A stretch of 64,000 bases of DNA from Candidatus Nanopelagicales bacterium (GTDB taxonomy: Bacteria; Actinomycetota; Actinomycetes; S36-B12): contig JAGYJJ010000002.1 of assembly GCA_018402235.1 (NCBI GenBank), forward strand, positions 92,069-156,068. The letters are read 5' to 3'. Shown here in pieces: positions 51,200-59,249 of this stretch. The notes below the pieces were generated by a model. That model worked only from the letters and a program-made list of their open reading frames with translations, was not told the origin of the DNA and did no database searches. The stretch's first letter is position 1. Each line of letters begins with the position of its first letter. Both the position numbers and the translations under genes were made by a program.

Positions 51200-53505
51200 C
51201 CGGCAACTCCATTTACGTCGGCGAATGGCTGGTACATGGTGGTTCTCTGGAGCAGCGTACGACCCAGTGGTTCCAACTGAATTGCGAGTTCCGCGGGGTC
51301 CATACCCTGCCCATGGGCAGCACCTGCAGCTCGGGAAATGTTCTCATCCATGAGCGTGCCCCCCACGTCATTGACGCCACCTTGCAGGAGTTGCAGCACG
51401 CCGGGGATTCCGAGCTTCACCCACGAAGCTTGCACGTTGTCGATTAATCCGCGGTAGGCAATTCGCCCTACTGCGTGCATCAAGACAACCTCGCGCCATG
51501 TGGGTCCACGGCGTGCACGCCGCTTCAAATAGACCGGTGAAGCCATATGGACGAACGGTAGCGGTATGAACTCAGTGAAGCCCCCCGTGCGCTCTTGCAG
51601 AGCACGGGTAGCCAAAATATGCGAGATCCAGTGCTCAGGCTGTTCCACGCTTCCGAACATGATGGTGATGTTGGATCGCAAGCCAAGCCCGTGAGCCGTT
51701 TCGTGCACCATCAACCACTCATCGGTTGTCACTTTGTCGGGACACAAAATGGCGCGGATATCGTCATGAAGGATCTCTGCTGCGGTTCCCGGCAAAGACG
51801 CCAAGCCGGCCTCTTTCATCCGCAGCAGGTAGGACTCCAAGGGCTCATCAAGTCGACGGGATCCCTCCAATACTTCCAAAGCTGTGAAGCCGTGAACGTG
51901 CATGTTCGGCACGGCAGCCTTGACGATCTTCGTTACCCGAACGTAGTAGTCGCCATCAAAATCCGGATGTATTCCTCCCTGTAGACAGACTTCGGTGGCT
52001 CCACGTGAGGCCGCCTCCACCACCCGGGCGGCGATCTCGTCATCTTCCAGCAGGTACGGACGTCCGCGCAGGTTCAGCGACAGCGGTCCTTTGGAGAAAC
52101 CACAGAAGGTGCACTTGTAGGTGCACACATTCGTGTAATTGATGTTGCGATTTCTGACGTAGGTAACCACGGGGCCGTTGGCCTGGGCTCTGAGTTCGTC
52201 CGCAACGTCGGCGATCGCCGCAACTTCACGACCGCGCGCAGCGAACAAGATCGCCAATTCCTCGGCCTCCACCCGGTGACCCTCGCGCACACCTGCGAGG
52301 ACTTCACGGACCGCACCGCTTATGCGCACCCGTTGCGGGATAACGGTTGCCGGCGTGCGGTCCGCGCCGGAGTACCACGCGGTGGACCGGCGCCCTATCT
52401 GCACTACCTCGGCTCCCGTGCCGACATTGGCCGCGTCCTGATACTTCTCGGGAAACACCGCACCTGGATCATCGCGGCCTAAACCTTCGGCATCACTGCG
52501 GTCGAGCACCGCAAAGTGCAAGCCCTCGTCGATCCACCTGTCTGCGTCCAGGGCAAATTCCGGATACACGGTGAGGCGTGGGGCCAGTTCAAGACCAGCA
52601 GCCTCAGCCACGGTGCGCAAGGTTTCCAGGGACGGCCAGGGACGCTCGGGGTTCACGAAATCTGCAGTTACCGGAGATACGCCACCGAAGTCGTCGATTC
52701 CGGCTTCGACGATCGCTGCGATGTCGTCGATGAGGTTGGGTGGAGCTTGCACATGGACACCCGTCGGCAAAATGGAACGAGCAAGTTTGATGGCATCGAC
52801 CAAGTCCGCCATCGAGCACGCAGGCGCATCGCGCATCGTGGTTCCTGGCTTGGGCACAAAGTTCTGCACAATCACTTCCTGCACATGCCCATGACTCTCG
52901 TGGCTTGCGGCGATCGCTTCGAGGGCTTCGATTCGGTCCGCACGCGACTCACCGAAACCCACGAGGATGCCCGTGGTGAACGGAATGGCGAGTTCGCCGG
53001 CGAACTCCAAGGTGGCGAGGCGGCGAGCAGGATCCTTATCGGGCGCACCACGATGGGCCGGTAGATCAGGGTTCAAGGACTCAATCATCATGCCCTGACT
53101 CGGAGCCACGGTCCTTAATCGCGCCAAGTCCTCTATCCCGAGCGCACCTGCGTTCGCGTGCGGCAACAAGCCCGTGGCATCCAAAACGCGTTGACAGGCA
53201 GCGACCAGGTAATCGACGGTGGATTCATACCCGTGGTTGTTCAGCCATTCTCGAGCCTCCGGATATCGATCCTCGGGGAACTCACCGAGGGTAAACAGAG
53301 CCTCGTGGCAGCCCGCCTGGGCACCCCGGTTTGCAACCGCTTCGACTTCATGCAACGACAGGTACGGGGCGGGCAGGTGATGGGGTGCCTGGGCGAACGT
53401 GCAATAGCCGCACCGATCGCGACACAACTGGGTCAGGGGAATGAACACCTTGGGCGAGTATGTGATCCGAGCGCGGGGCCACGTTGCTGGACGTTCGATC
53501 GTCAC
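51196..53505 (-). CDS. fbiC: bifunctional FO synthase (CofG+CofH fusion) for F420 biosynthesis
   Basis: Two radical-SAM Cys clusters are present (CRDRCGYCTF and CTYKCTFCGF) in a 769-aa ORF. RBS GGGAGGAGA precedes GTG 53505. Confidence 0.9.
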   Translation of the reverse strand: MTIERPATWPRARITYSPKVFIPLTQLCRDRCGYCTFAQAPHHLPAPYLSLHEVEAVANRGAQAGCHEALFTLGEFPEDRYPEAREWLNNHGYESTVDYLVAACQRVLDATGLLPHANAGALGIEDLARLRTVAPSQGMMIESLNPDLPAHRGAPDKDPARRLATLEFAGELAIPFTTGILVGFGESRADRIEALEAIAASHESHGHVQEVIVQNFVPKPGTTMRDAPACSMADLVDAIKLARSILPTGVHVQAPPNLIDDIAAIVEAGIDDFGGVSPVTADFVNPERPWPSLETLRTVAEAAGLELAPRLTVYPEFALDADRWIDEGLHFAVLDRSDAEGLGRDDPGAVFPEKYQDAANVGTGAEVVQIGRRSTAWYSGADRTPATVIPQRVRISGAVREVLAGVREGHRVEAEELAILFAARGREVAAIADVADELRAQANGPVVTYVRNRNINYTNVCTYKCTFCGFSKGPLSLNLRGRPYLLEDDEIAARVVEAASRGATEVCLQGGIHPDFDGDYYVRVTKIVKAAVPNMHVHGFTALEVLEGSRRLDEPLESYLLRMKEAGLASLPGTAAEILHDDIRAILCPDKVTTDEWLMVHETAHGLGLRSNITIMFGSVEQPEHWISHILATRALQERTGGFTEFIPLPFVHMASPVYLKRRARRGPTWREVVLMHAVGRIAYRGLIDNVQASWVKLGIPGVLQLLQGGVNDVGGTLMDENISRAAGAAHGQGMDPAELAIQLEPLGRTLLQRTTMYQPFADVNGVAG

Positions 53506-53539
53506 CTAGATCTCCTCCCAACACCCATGGCATCCGACG

Positions 53540-53591
53540 CAACAACCCCCGACTCGTATCCTGGCATACGTAACGAGTCGGGGGTCGTTGT
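53540..53591 (-). terminator. stable hairpin between the sulfur operon and fbiC (no clear U-tract)
   Basis: A 12-bp perfect stem CCCCCGACTCGT / ACGAGTCGGGGG (53546-53557 and 53573-53584) has additional flanking pairs and a 15-nt loop. Confidence 0.4.
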
Positions 53592-53630
53592 GTGGAAATT
53601 GTCTTGCGGAGTGAAACGTTGGACAGGTGA

Positions 53631-55124
53631 CTACTTGGTTGCCACCTTCGTTGCGCCCTGACCAGGAGCGAACTCGCGGACTGTGGCCCGTGATGCGAGC
53701 CAGGTCCAACCGGGCTCTCGCGCGGGGGCGTCCTCGGAGACGATCTCCAGGCCACATGCTGCTGCATTGCCGAAGTCGTCATCCACGTGGACGATGTTGT
53801 CGAACCCGGCGTTTTGCAGGACCGAAGCCACCGCGGCTGCGCGGTAACCCGAGCCGCAGTAGACGTACACGTCCACATCTCGTGGCAACTCGCCCATGCG
53901 GTCGAGCACTTCGTAGAAGGGAATGAACTTCGCGCCCTTCACATGGCCAGACTCCCATTCAAGAATCTGGCGGGTGTCGATGACGACCGAATTCGGATTC
54001 GCCTTCCACTCCTTGGCCATCTCTTCAAAGTCAACGCGGCGCAGATAAGCCGGCTGCTCACCGTCTTCGATCCAGAAGTCCGGGCCACCCACTGCTTGGC
54101 CGGCGGGTCGATCGATACCGATGCGGACCAACTCGCGCTGCGCAGCTTCGACCTGTTCGGTGGTTGCCCCGACCAACGTGATGGGTGTTCCCCACGGAAC
54201 CATCCAGCCGAGGTAGTTGATGAACGCACCGTCGAGGTCGAAGTTCACCGCCCCGGGAACGTGACCGGATGCGAAAACCTCGCGCGAACGCAGATCAACT
54301 ACCCACTCCCCGGCCGCAACGCGCCGACGTAACTGCGCCGGATCCACCGGCTCGGGCAGTGACAGATCGATTTCCTTCGGCCCTGCTGCGTTAGCGGGGC
54401 CCATGTGGGCGTAGTACGCAGGGAAGACGTCCAGGCCCGCGATCAGCATCTCGACAAAGTCTTCTTCGGCCTGGGTCAGCGCCGGGTTGATGCTCTTTTC
54501 CTGACCCAGGGATGTCTGCACACCCTCCGTCTGGATGGACGAGCAGAACGAACCAAATCCATGCGTCGGGTAGATCTGCGTATCCCCGGGCAATGAATCC
54601 ACAAGGCGATGTGCTGAGTGCCACTGATCGTGGGCCTGCTTGACGGTCAGGTCCGGTGCCACGAGGTCGGGGCGACCAACCGTTCCGTAGAGCAGTGAGC
54701 CACCGGTGAACACCGCACCAGGATGGTTGTCGCGGCTAACGGCGAAGGAGATGTGATGCGGCGTATGACCGGGTGTGTGAACAACGCGGACGTCTAGGTC
54801 ACCCACGCGGAATTCACCGCCCTCACCCATGGCAACCACATTCGGCTCACCGAGGTAGTCCAGTTCGACGTCGGCGGGCACCACGTAGGTCGCACCGTGC
54901 TTCTTCGCGAACTGGTAGCCACCGTTGACGTAGTCGTTGTGGATATGTGTCTCACCGACATGGGTCACGGTCAAGCCATGTTCAGCGATGAGTCTCTCGA
55001 CACGATCGGTGTCACGCTGCGGATCGACGACCAGCGCGTGGACTCCGTCGTGGACTATGTAGCCCCGGTCCCCTAGGCCGGGTGTATCAATCACGATCAC
55101 ATGGGGGGCACTAGTAGCTGTCAT
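53631..55124 (-). CDS. MBL-fold hydrolase fused to rhodanese domain(s) (persulfide-dioxygenase/sulfurtransferase, CstB-like architecture, 497 aa)
   Basis: The N-terminal metallo-beta-lactamase motif GETHIHNDY and HTPGHTPHH are present. C-terminal rhodanese domains carry the active-site loop YCGSGYRAA. Confidence 0.75.
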   Translation of the reverse strand: MTATSAPHVIVIDTPGLGDRGYIVHDGVHALVVDPQRDTDRVERLIAEHGLTVTHVGETHIHNDYVNGGYQFAKKHGATYVVPADVELDYLGEPNVVAMGEGGEFRVGDLDVRVVHTPGHTPHHISFAVSRDNHPGAVFTGGSLLYGTVGRPDLVAPDLTVKQAHDQWHSAHRLVDSLPGDTQIYPTHGFGSFCSSIQTEGVQTSLGQEKSINPALTQAEEDFVEMLIAGLDVFPAYYAHMGPANAAGPKEIDLSLPEPVDPAQLRRRVAAGEWVVDLRSREVFASGHVPGAVNFDLDGAFINYLGWMVPWGTPITLVGATTEQVEAAQRELVRIGIDRPAGQAVGGPDFWIEDGEQPAYLRRVDFEEMAKEWKANPNSVVIDTRQILEWESGHVKGAKFIPFYEVLDRMGELPRDVDVYVYCGSGYRAAAVASVLQNAGFDNIVHVDDDFGNAAACGLEIVSEDAPAREPGWTWLASRATVREFAPGQGATKVATK

Positions 55125-55465
55125 GCCGTCACTCCTAATCCTGATTCTTGCGGCAGGCCGGCTGTTCGCCAGGCGGCCATTCCTCCATTGACGTTATATG
55201 CGTCCACGCCGTGGCGGGACAGATAGTCAGCAACTTGCCAGCTGCGATTTCCTGACTCACAGACAACCCACACCGGCTTGTTACCCCGCACCTCGTCGAT
55301 GCGCAGTGGCATTAGTGCCATCGAGATGTTCTCGACGCCTGGAATGTGGCCGGTGTTGTATTCGAACCGCTCACGTACGTCGATGATTCGCTCTCCACGC
55401 TGGTGGGCTGCTGCCAGATCCTCGACCGAAAGGGTGGTAACCATGCTGTCTTCCTGCTCCTTCAC
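55121..55465 (-). CDS. single-domain rhodanese sulfurtransferase (start at GTG 55465 or ATG 55444)
   Basis: The active-site loop VVCESGNRSWQ is present. The stop overlaps the downstream MBL-rhodanese start. Confidence 0.8.
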   Translation of the reverse strand: MKEQEDSMVTTLSVEDLAAAHQRGERIIDVRERFEYNTGHIPGVENISMALMPLRIDEVRGNKPVWVVCESGNRSWQVADYLSRHGVDAYNVNGGMAAWRTAGLPQESGLGVTA

Positions 55466-55511
55466 ACAGTGGGTGCACGGACTTTTGTGGTGCCGTGCAC
55501 ACCGGATACTA

Positions 55512-55527
55512 ATACCCCCGGGGGTAT
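55512..55527. promoter_or_regulatory. CsoR/RcnR(DUF156)-type operator candidate: perfect palindrome ATACCCCCGGGGGTAT
   Basis: Seen directly, 47 nt upstream of the rhodanese GTG. It has an AT-rich inverted repeat around a G/C tract, as in known CsoR/CstR/RicR operators. Confidence 0.55.
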
Positions 55528-55582
55528 ATGTCCAGCCCTTTCACGACATTGTCCGGACATCTTCTGGTCGACAGGGGTTCTT

Positions 55583-55598
55583 TGTGAATTCGCGCACA
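55583..55598. promoter_or_regulatory. second CRP/FNR-type site candidate TGTGAATTCGCGCACA
   Basis: It has one mismatch to TGTGA-N6-TCACA. It sits in the relatively AT-rich divergent intergenic region and is flanked by direct repeats CAGGGGTTCTTTGT (55572-55585) and CAGGGGTTTTTGT (55601-55613). Confidence 0.3.
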
Positions 55599-55698
55599 AT
55601 CAGGGGTTTTTGTTTGGTGAAACAACAAATGTGCGACATACTCGTTATGTGTTCGGGAGACCCCCGGGCCACAAGTACAGAAAAGGGAGTGACCCTCC

Positions 55699-55860
55699 AT
55701 GAAGCAACTCGGAAGCATCTTCGGTTCCGTGTTCGGGCGTATGGATTCCGATACCGCTGCGCGTAAAGAGATTTACCGCGAGTGGGATCGCCAGCGCCGT
55801 AACGCGATGAGCCCAACCGACCTGGCCGAGATCGACGCGATCTTTTCTCGCGCCCTCTAG
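55699..55860 (+). CDS. small hypothetical protein (53 aa), below the ORF-track length cutoff
   Basis: RBS AAAGGGAG lies 9 nt before the ATG. The translation is MKQLGSIFGSVFGRMDSDTAARKEIYREWDRQRRNAMSPTDLAEIDAIFSRAL*. A very strong hairpin follows. Confidence 0.5.
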   Translation: MKQLGSIFGSVFGRMDSDTAARKEIYREWDRQRRNAMSPTDLAEIDAIFSRAL

Positions 55861-55895
55861 CCGCGCTTCCCCAGGAAGCGTCCCCTTCCACACTC

Positions 55896-55962
55896 CCCGA
55901 TGCGGTGTCAGTCGTCGGTGGGAAATCCACCGGATTTCCCCGACGACTGACACCGCATCGGG
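55896..55962. terminator. 67-nt near-perfect hairpin (about 31 bp stem with one 2-nt bulge, 3-nt loop) between convergent genes; candidate bidirectional terminator
   Basis: CCCGATGCGGTGTCAGTCGTCGGTGGGAAATCC-ACC-GGATTTCCCCGACGACTGACACCGCATCGGG. Confidence 0.6.
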
Positions 55963-55981
55963 CGTTATGGGGTCGGGCGTT

Positions 55982-56806
55982 TTAGGCGAAGTCGACCGTC
56001 ACCGGCGCGTGGTCGCTCCACCGTTCGGCATAACTGGGTGCCCGACCGATGACTACCTTCTTCGCCCGATCGGCCAGAGCCGGGGTTGCCGCGTGATAAT
56101 CGATACGCCATCCGGCGTCGTTGTCGAAGGCCTGCCCTCGCCAGGACCACCAGCTGTAGGGACCCGGACCTTCTCCACCGAACTCGCGCCCAAGATCCCG
56201 CCACGATCCACTGAACCAACGGTCGAGATAGGCCCGCTCCTCCGGTAGAAATCCCGCGCTCTTGAGATTCCCCTTCCAGTTCTTGATATCCACCTCTTGG
56301 TGAGCGATATTCCAGTCTCCGCACACCAGCGCCTGAACGCCATCTTTGTCGGCTCGCCGCGTCAGAGCGCGCAGGCGCAGGTCCATCCCTTCCAAGAAGG
56401 CGTACTTCGCATCCTGCTTGGGGGTCCCGGCTTCGCCAGAGTGGACATACACGCTCGCCACGGTCACCGGGCCCGCGCTAGTGTCGACATCAACCTCAAT
56501 CCAACGGCCTTGGTCGTTGATCGCGGCTTGACGAAATCGATCGCGGACATCCACGGGTTCCTTCTTGGTCAGGACCGCTACGCCGGCCCGACCCTTCTCG
56601 GGTGCCTCGGCGTGCGCGACATGCCAGTTCGCTAGGGGCGACTCGGTCAGAGCTTCATCAAGTTGGGCGCGGGTGGCGCGCACCTCTTGCAAGCAAATCA
56701 CGTCGGCCTTCTCTGCGGCAAGCCATTCCAGACCTCCCCGACGATGCGCTGCGCGAATGCCGTTGACGTTGGCGGTGATAACGCGTAGTGCTGGCAAACG
56801 ACCCAT
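55982..56806 (-). CDS. xthA: exodeoxyribonuclease III (AP endonuclease)
   Basis: LRVITANVNGIRAA..., VICLQEV, and the C-terminal SDHAPVTVDF are present. The start is taken at ATG 56806. Confidence 0.88.
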   Translation of the reverse strand: MGRLPALRVITANVNGIRAAHRRGGLEWLAAEKADVICLQEVRATRAQLDEALTESPLANWHVAHAEAPEKGRAGVAVLTKKEPVDVRDRFRQAAINDQGRWIEVDVDTSAGPVTVASVYVHSGEAGTPKQDAKYAFLEGMDLRLRALTRRADKDGVQALVCGDWNIAHQEVDIKNWKGNLKSAGFLPEERAYLDRWFSGSWRDLGREFGGEGPGPYSWWSWRGQAFDNDAGWRIDYHAATPALADRAKKVVIGRAPSYAERWSDHAPVTVDFA

Positions 56807-56817
56807 GGGCCAGGACC

Positions 56818-57672
56818 CTACGTGGTGGTGACCTGGAACTCGATTCCCACCCATTCGTACTGCCCATCGACACCGAGGCCGTAACCGTAAGTACCTGGAA
56901 CATTCAACTCGAAGGTCAATTCAAAGGTGCGATCACTTCTGACCTTGGTGCTGATCGGGAGCTTCTCCAGGTGCCCTGAGCCCTTCTTGTCGGTCCCGAC
57001 AAAACGGCTCATCTGCATCACCGCTCCAGGTGCTACGAAGTCCGGGGCAGTCCCGCTGATGGTTATGGGTGCGCCTGCGGGGGCCGCAGACCGGCTGATA
57101 GTGGCCGTCCCACCCCACCCGACCACGTTGGGGGACCTGGTGAAGCCCGCGCGCGCTAACTGCCTGCTGGTCAAGATCACGGCATTCGCCGAGCCTTGCG
57201 GGCTAGCGGTGGAATCGCCGGTAACGGCAAGTTGGAATTGGAAGCCAATGAACTCCGGTGAAGGGCCATCGGTCGAATAACCGACCCGGTATCCATACGT
57301 GCCCACGTATCCCAGCTGCATATGCATCACGAAGCTGCCGTTGGGATTGACGCTGGTCGTGATGTTCAGGTCCTTAAAGGTTCCTGACCCTTGCGTATCG
57401 GAAGGAATAAAACGCTGCAAAGTAAGCAGTTGACCCGTCGGTGTGAAGTTAGGCGCCTTGCCGGTGATGACGACGTCCTGCCACTGGGCAACTCGGTGGG
57501 CGGACAGGGAAGCCGTGCCCGGTTCCCACGAGACAACGTTCGGCTTCTTCGTGAATCCTGCCTGCGTGAGTTGCTTGGCCGTAAGTGTGACCCCTTGGTC
57601 CGCGTGTGCCGGGGCGGCAAGAACGGCCAAACCCAAAGAAAGGCCAGCGATGGCAGCGAGGACGCGCCTCAT
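56818..57672 (-). CDS. secreted protein built from two homologous ~125-aa domains, function unknown (284 aa)
   Basis: The signal peptide MRRVLAAIAGLSLGLAVLAAPAHA/DQ is present. The repeats are VTLTAKQLTQAGFTKKPNVVSW...GTYGYRVGY...FQFQLAVT and VILTSRQLARAGFTRSPNVVGW...GTYGYGLGV...IEFQVTT. Confidence 0.7.
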   Translation of the reverse strand: MRRVLAAIAGLSLGLAVLAAPAHADQGVTLTAKQLTQAGFTKKPNVVSWEPGTASLSAHRVAQWQDVVITGKAPNFTPTGQLLTLQRFIPSDTQGSGTFKDLNITTSVNPNGSFVMHMQLGYVGTYGYRVGYSTDGPSPEFIGFQFQLAVTGDSTASPQGSANAVILTSRQLARAGFTRSPNVVGWGGTATISRSAAPAGAPITISGTAPDFVAPGAVMQMSRFVGTDKKGSGHLEKLPISTKVRSDRTFELTFELNVPGTYGYGLGVDGQYEWVGIEFQVTTT

Positions 57673-57733
57673 GGGACTCCCTAAATCGACTGTCCAGAAC
57701 GGTAGACCTGGAACTCTCGGGATGCAAGCACCA

Positions 57734-59246
57734 CTAGTCGACGCGCTCCCATTCGACTTCGGCCGCGACGCGCAGAGCCTGCGCTCCGATGGTCAGAGCC
57801 GGATTCTGGGCACCACTTGAGGGGAAGAACGACGAATCGACCACGAACAGGTTCGGCACCTCATGGGCTCGACACCAGGGATCCAGGACGCTGGTGGCCG
57901 GATCCGTGCCGGCAACCACCGTGCCGCACATATGGGAGTTCAACGCAATGTCGAAGCGCTGTTCAGCAATACCGACGTACCCAGCCGTACGCAAAATCTT
58001 CTTCGTACGCGCAAGTAGAAGTTCGTGACGGTCGTAATTGGTACGACGCCATGACACTTGAATTTGGCCATTCTTATTCAGCGTTACGCGATTGTGCGGA
58101 CTGGGGAGGTCCTCGCTCATGACCAACCACTCCATGCTGCGCTCGGCAATGCGATTGAGCACCGGTAGCGGAACCTTCGTCGCATGTGTCTTCATCATTG
58201 AGCCTTGCACCTTGCCGATGAGTTGAATGGTGCCACCGGGAAAACCATCACCCATGTCCCGATAAAAGTCGTTCACGGCCACAGTTTTCTGGAAGACAAC
58301 GTCGTTCTTACGACGTGGATCGACCGCAGCAATGTGGGTGTTGTTGTGGACCATGTAGTTGCGACCCACCAGACCCGTTGAATTCGCCACGCCATCGGGA
58401 TGATCGTCGCTTGCCGACCCCAGCAGCAACGCTGCGCTGTTCGCTGCACCGCCGGAAACAACGAAGGCGCCACCGGTGATCCGGAAAGGCTCGCCATCGC
58501 GCTCGCCTGCTACCGCGACCACTCGATCCTTTTCCGTGACAAGACGATCTACCTTCGCGTTCGTCAGAACACGCACGTGTCCGGTCGCCACCGCCGGATC
58601 GATTCCGCAGGTCTGTGCATCGGATTTCGCCCCGAGTCGACACGGGAAGCCGTCACAGGTGCTGCAGCGGATGCAGGCTCCCCCAGGTCGAAGATCAACC
58701 CCCATGGCGGTGCTACTCGGATGAAGCCCCTGATCGCACAGCCTGCGGATCGTCTCGGCCACGTACGGCTCGTGCTCGAGGGCGGGGTACGGGAAGGGGG
58801 AACTACGCCACGGCTCGGATGGGTCCTCACCCGTTGTTCCGTGCACTCGAAACAGTTCCTCGATCTGGCCGTAGTACGGCTCGATATCGGCGTAACGGAA
58901 CGGCCAGGCCGGGCTCACACCCGATGGATACTCTGTGCGTTCGAGATCCTCTTCACGCAACCGCGGCAGGCTCGATCCGTAGACCTTGGTGTTGCCCCCG
59001 ACCAAGTAATGCACGCCGGGAGAGAACTCGCGCCCATCGTCGTCCACCCACATCTCATCGAGGCTTGTACCGGCGCCGCACGAACACCTCTTCCGGCGAC
59101 CAGTTCTGTTGCTCGCGCGGCAGATAGTCACCACGTTCCAGCACGAGAACGTCGATCCCCCGCTGGGCCAACCCCCACGCCAGTGTCCCACCGCCCATGC
59201 CCGATCCAACGATGACGACGGAAGCGGAATCGGTGATCACGTCCAC
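57734..59246 (-). pseudogene. GMC-family FAD oxidoreductase, frameshifted as sequenced near 59058-59063
   Basis: The N-terminus MDVITDSASVVIVGSGMGGGTLAWGLAQRGIDVLVLERG...EEVFVRRRYKP is in track ORF 59055..59246. The homology continues in ORF 57734..59209 from DEMWVDDDGREFSPGVHYLVGGNTKVYG... to the C-terminal GMC motif. Removing one C restores YKPDEMW. Confidence 0.75.
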
Positions 59247-59249
59247 ACG

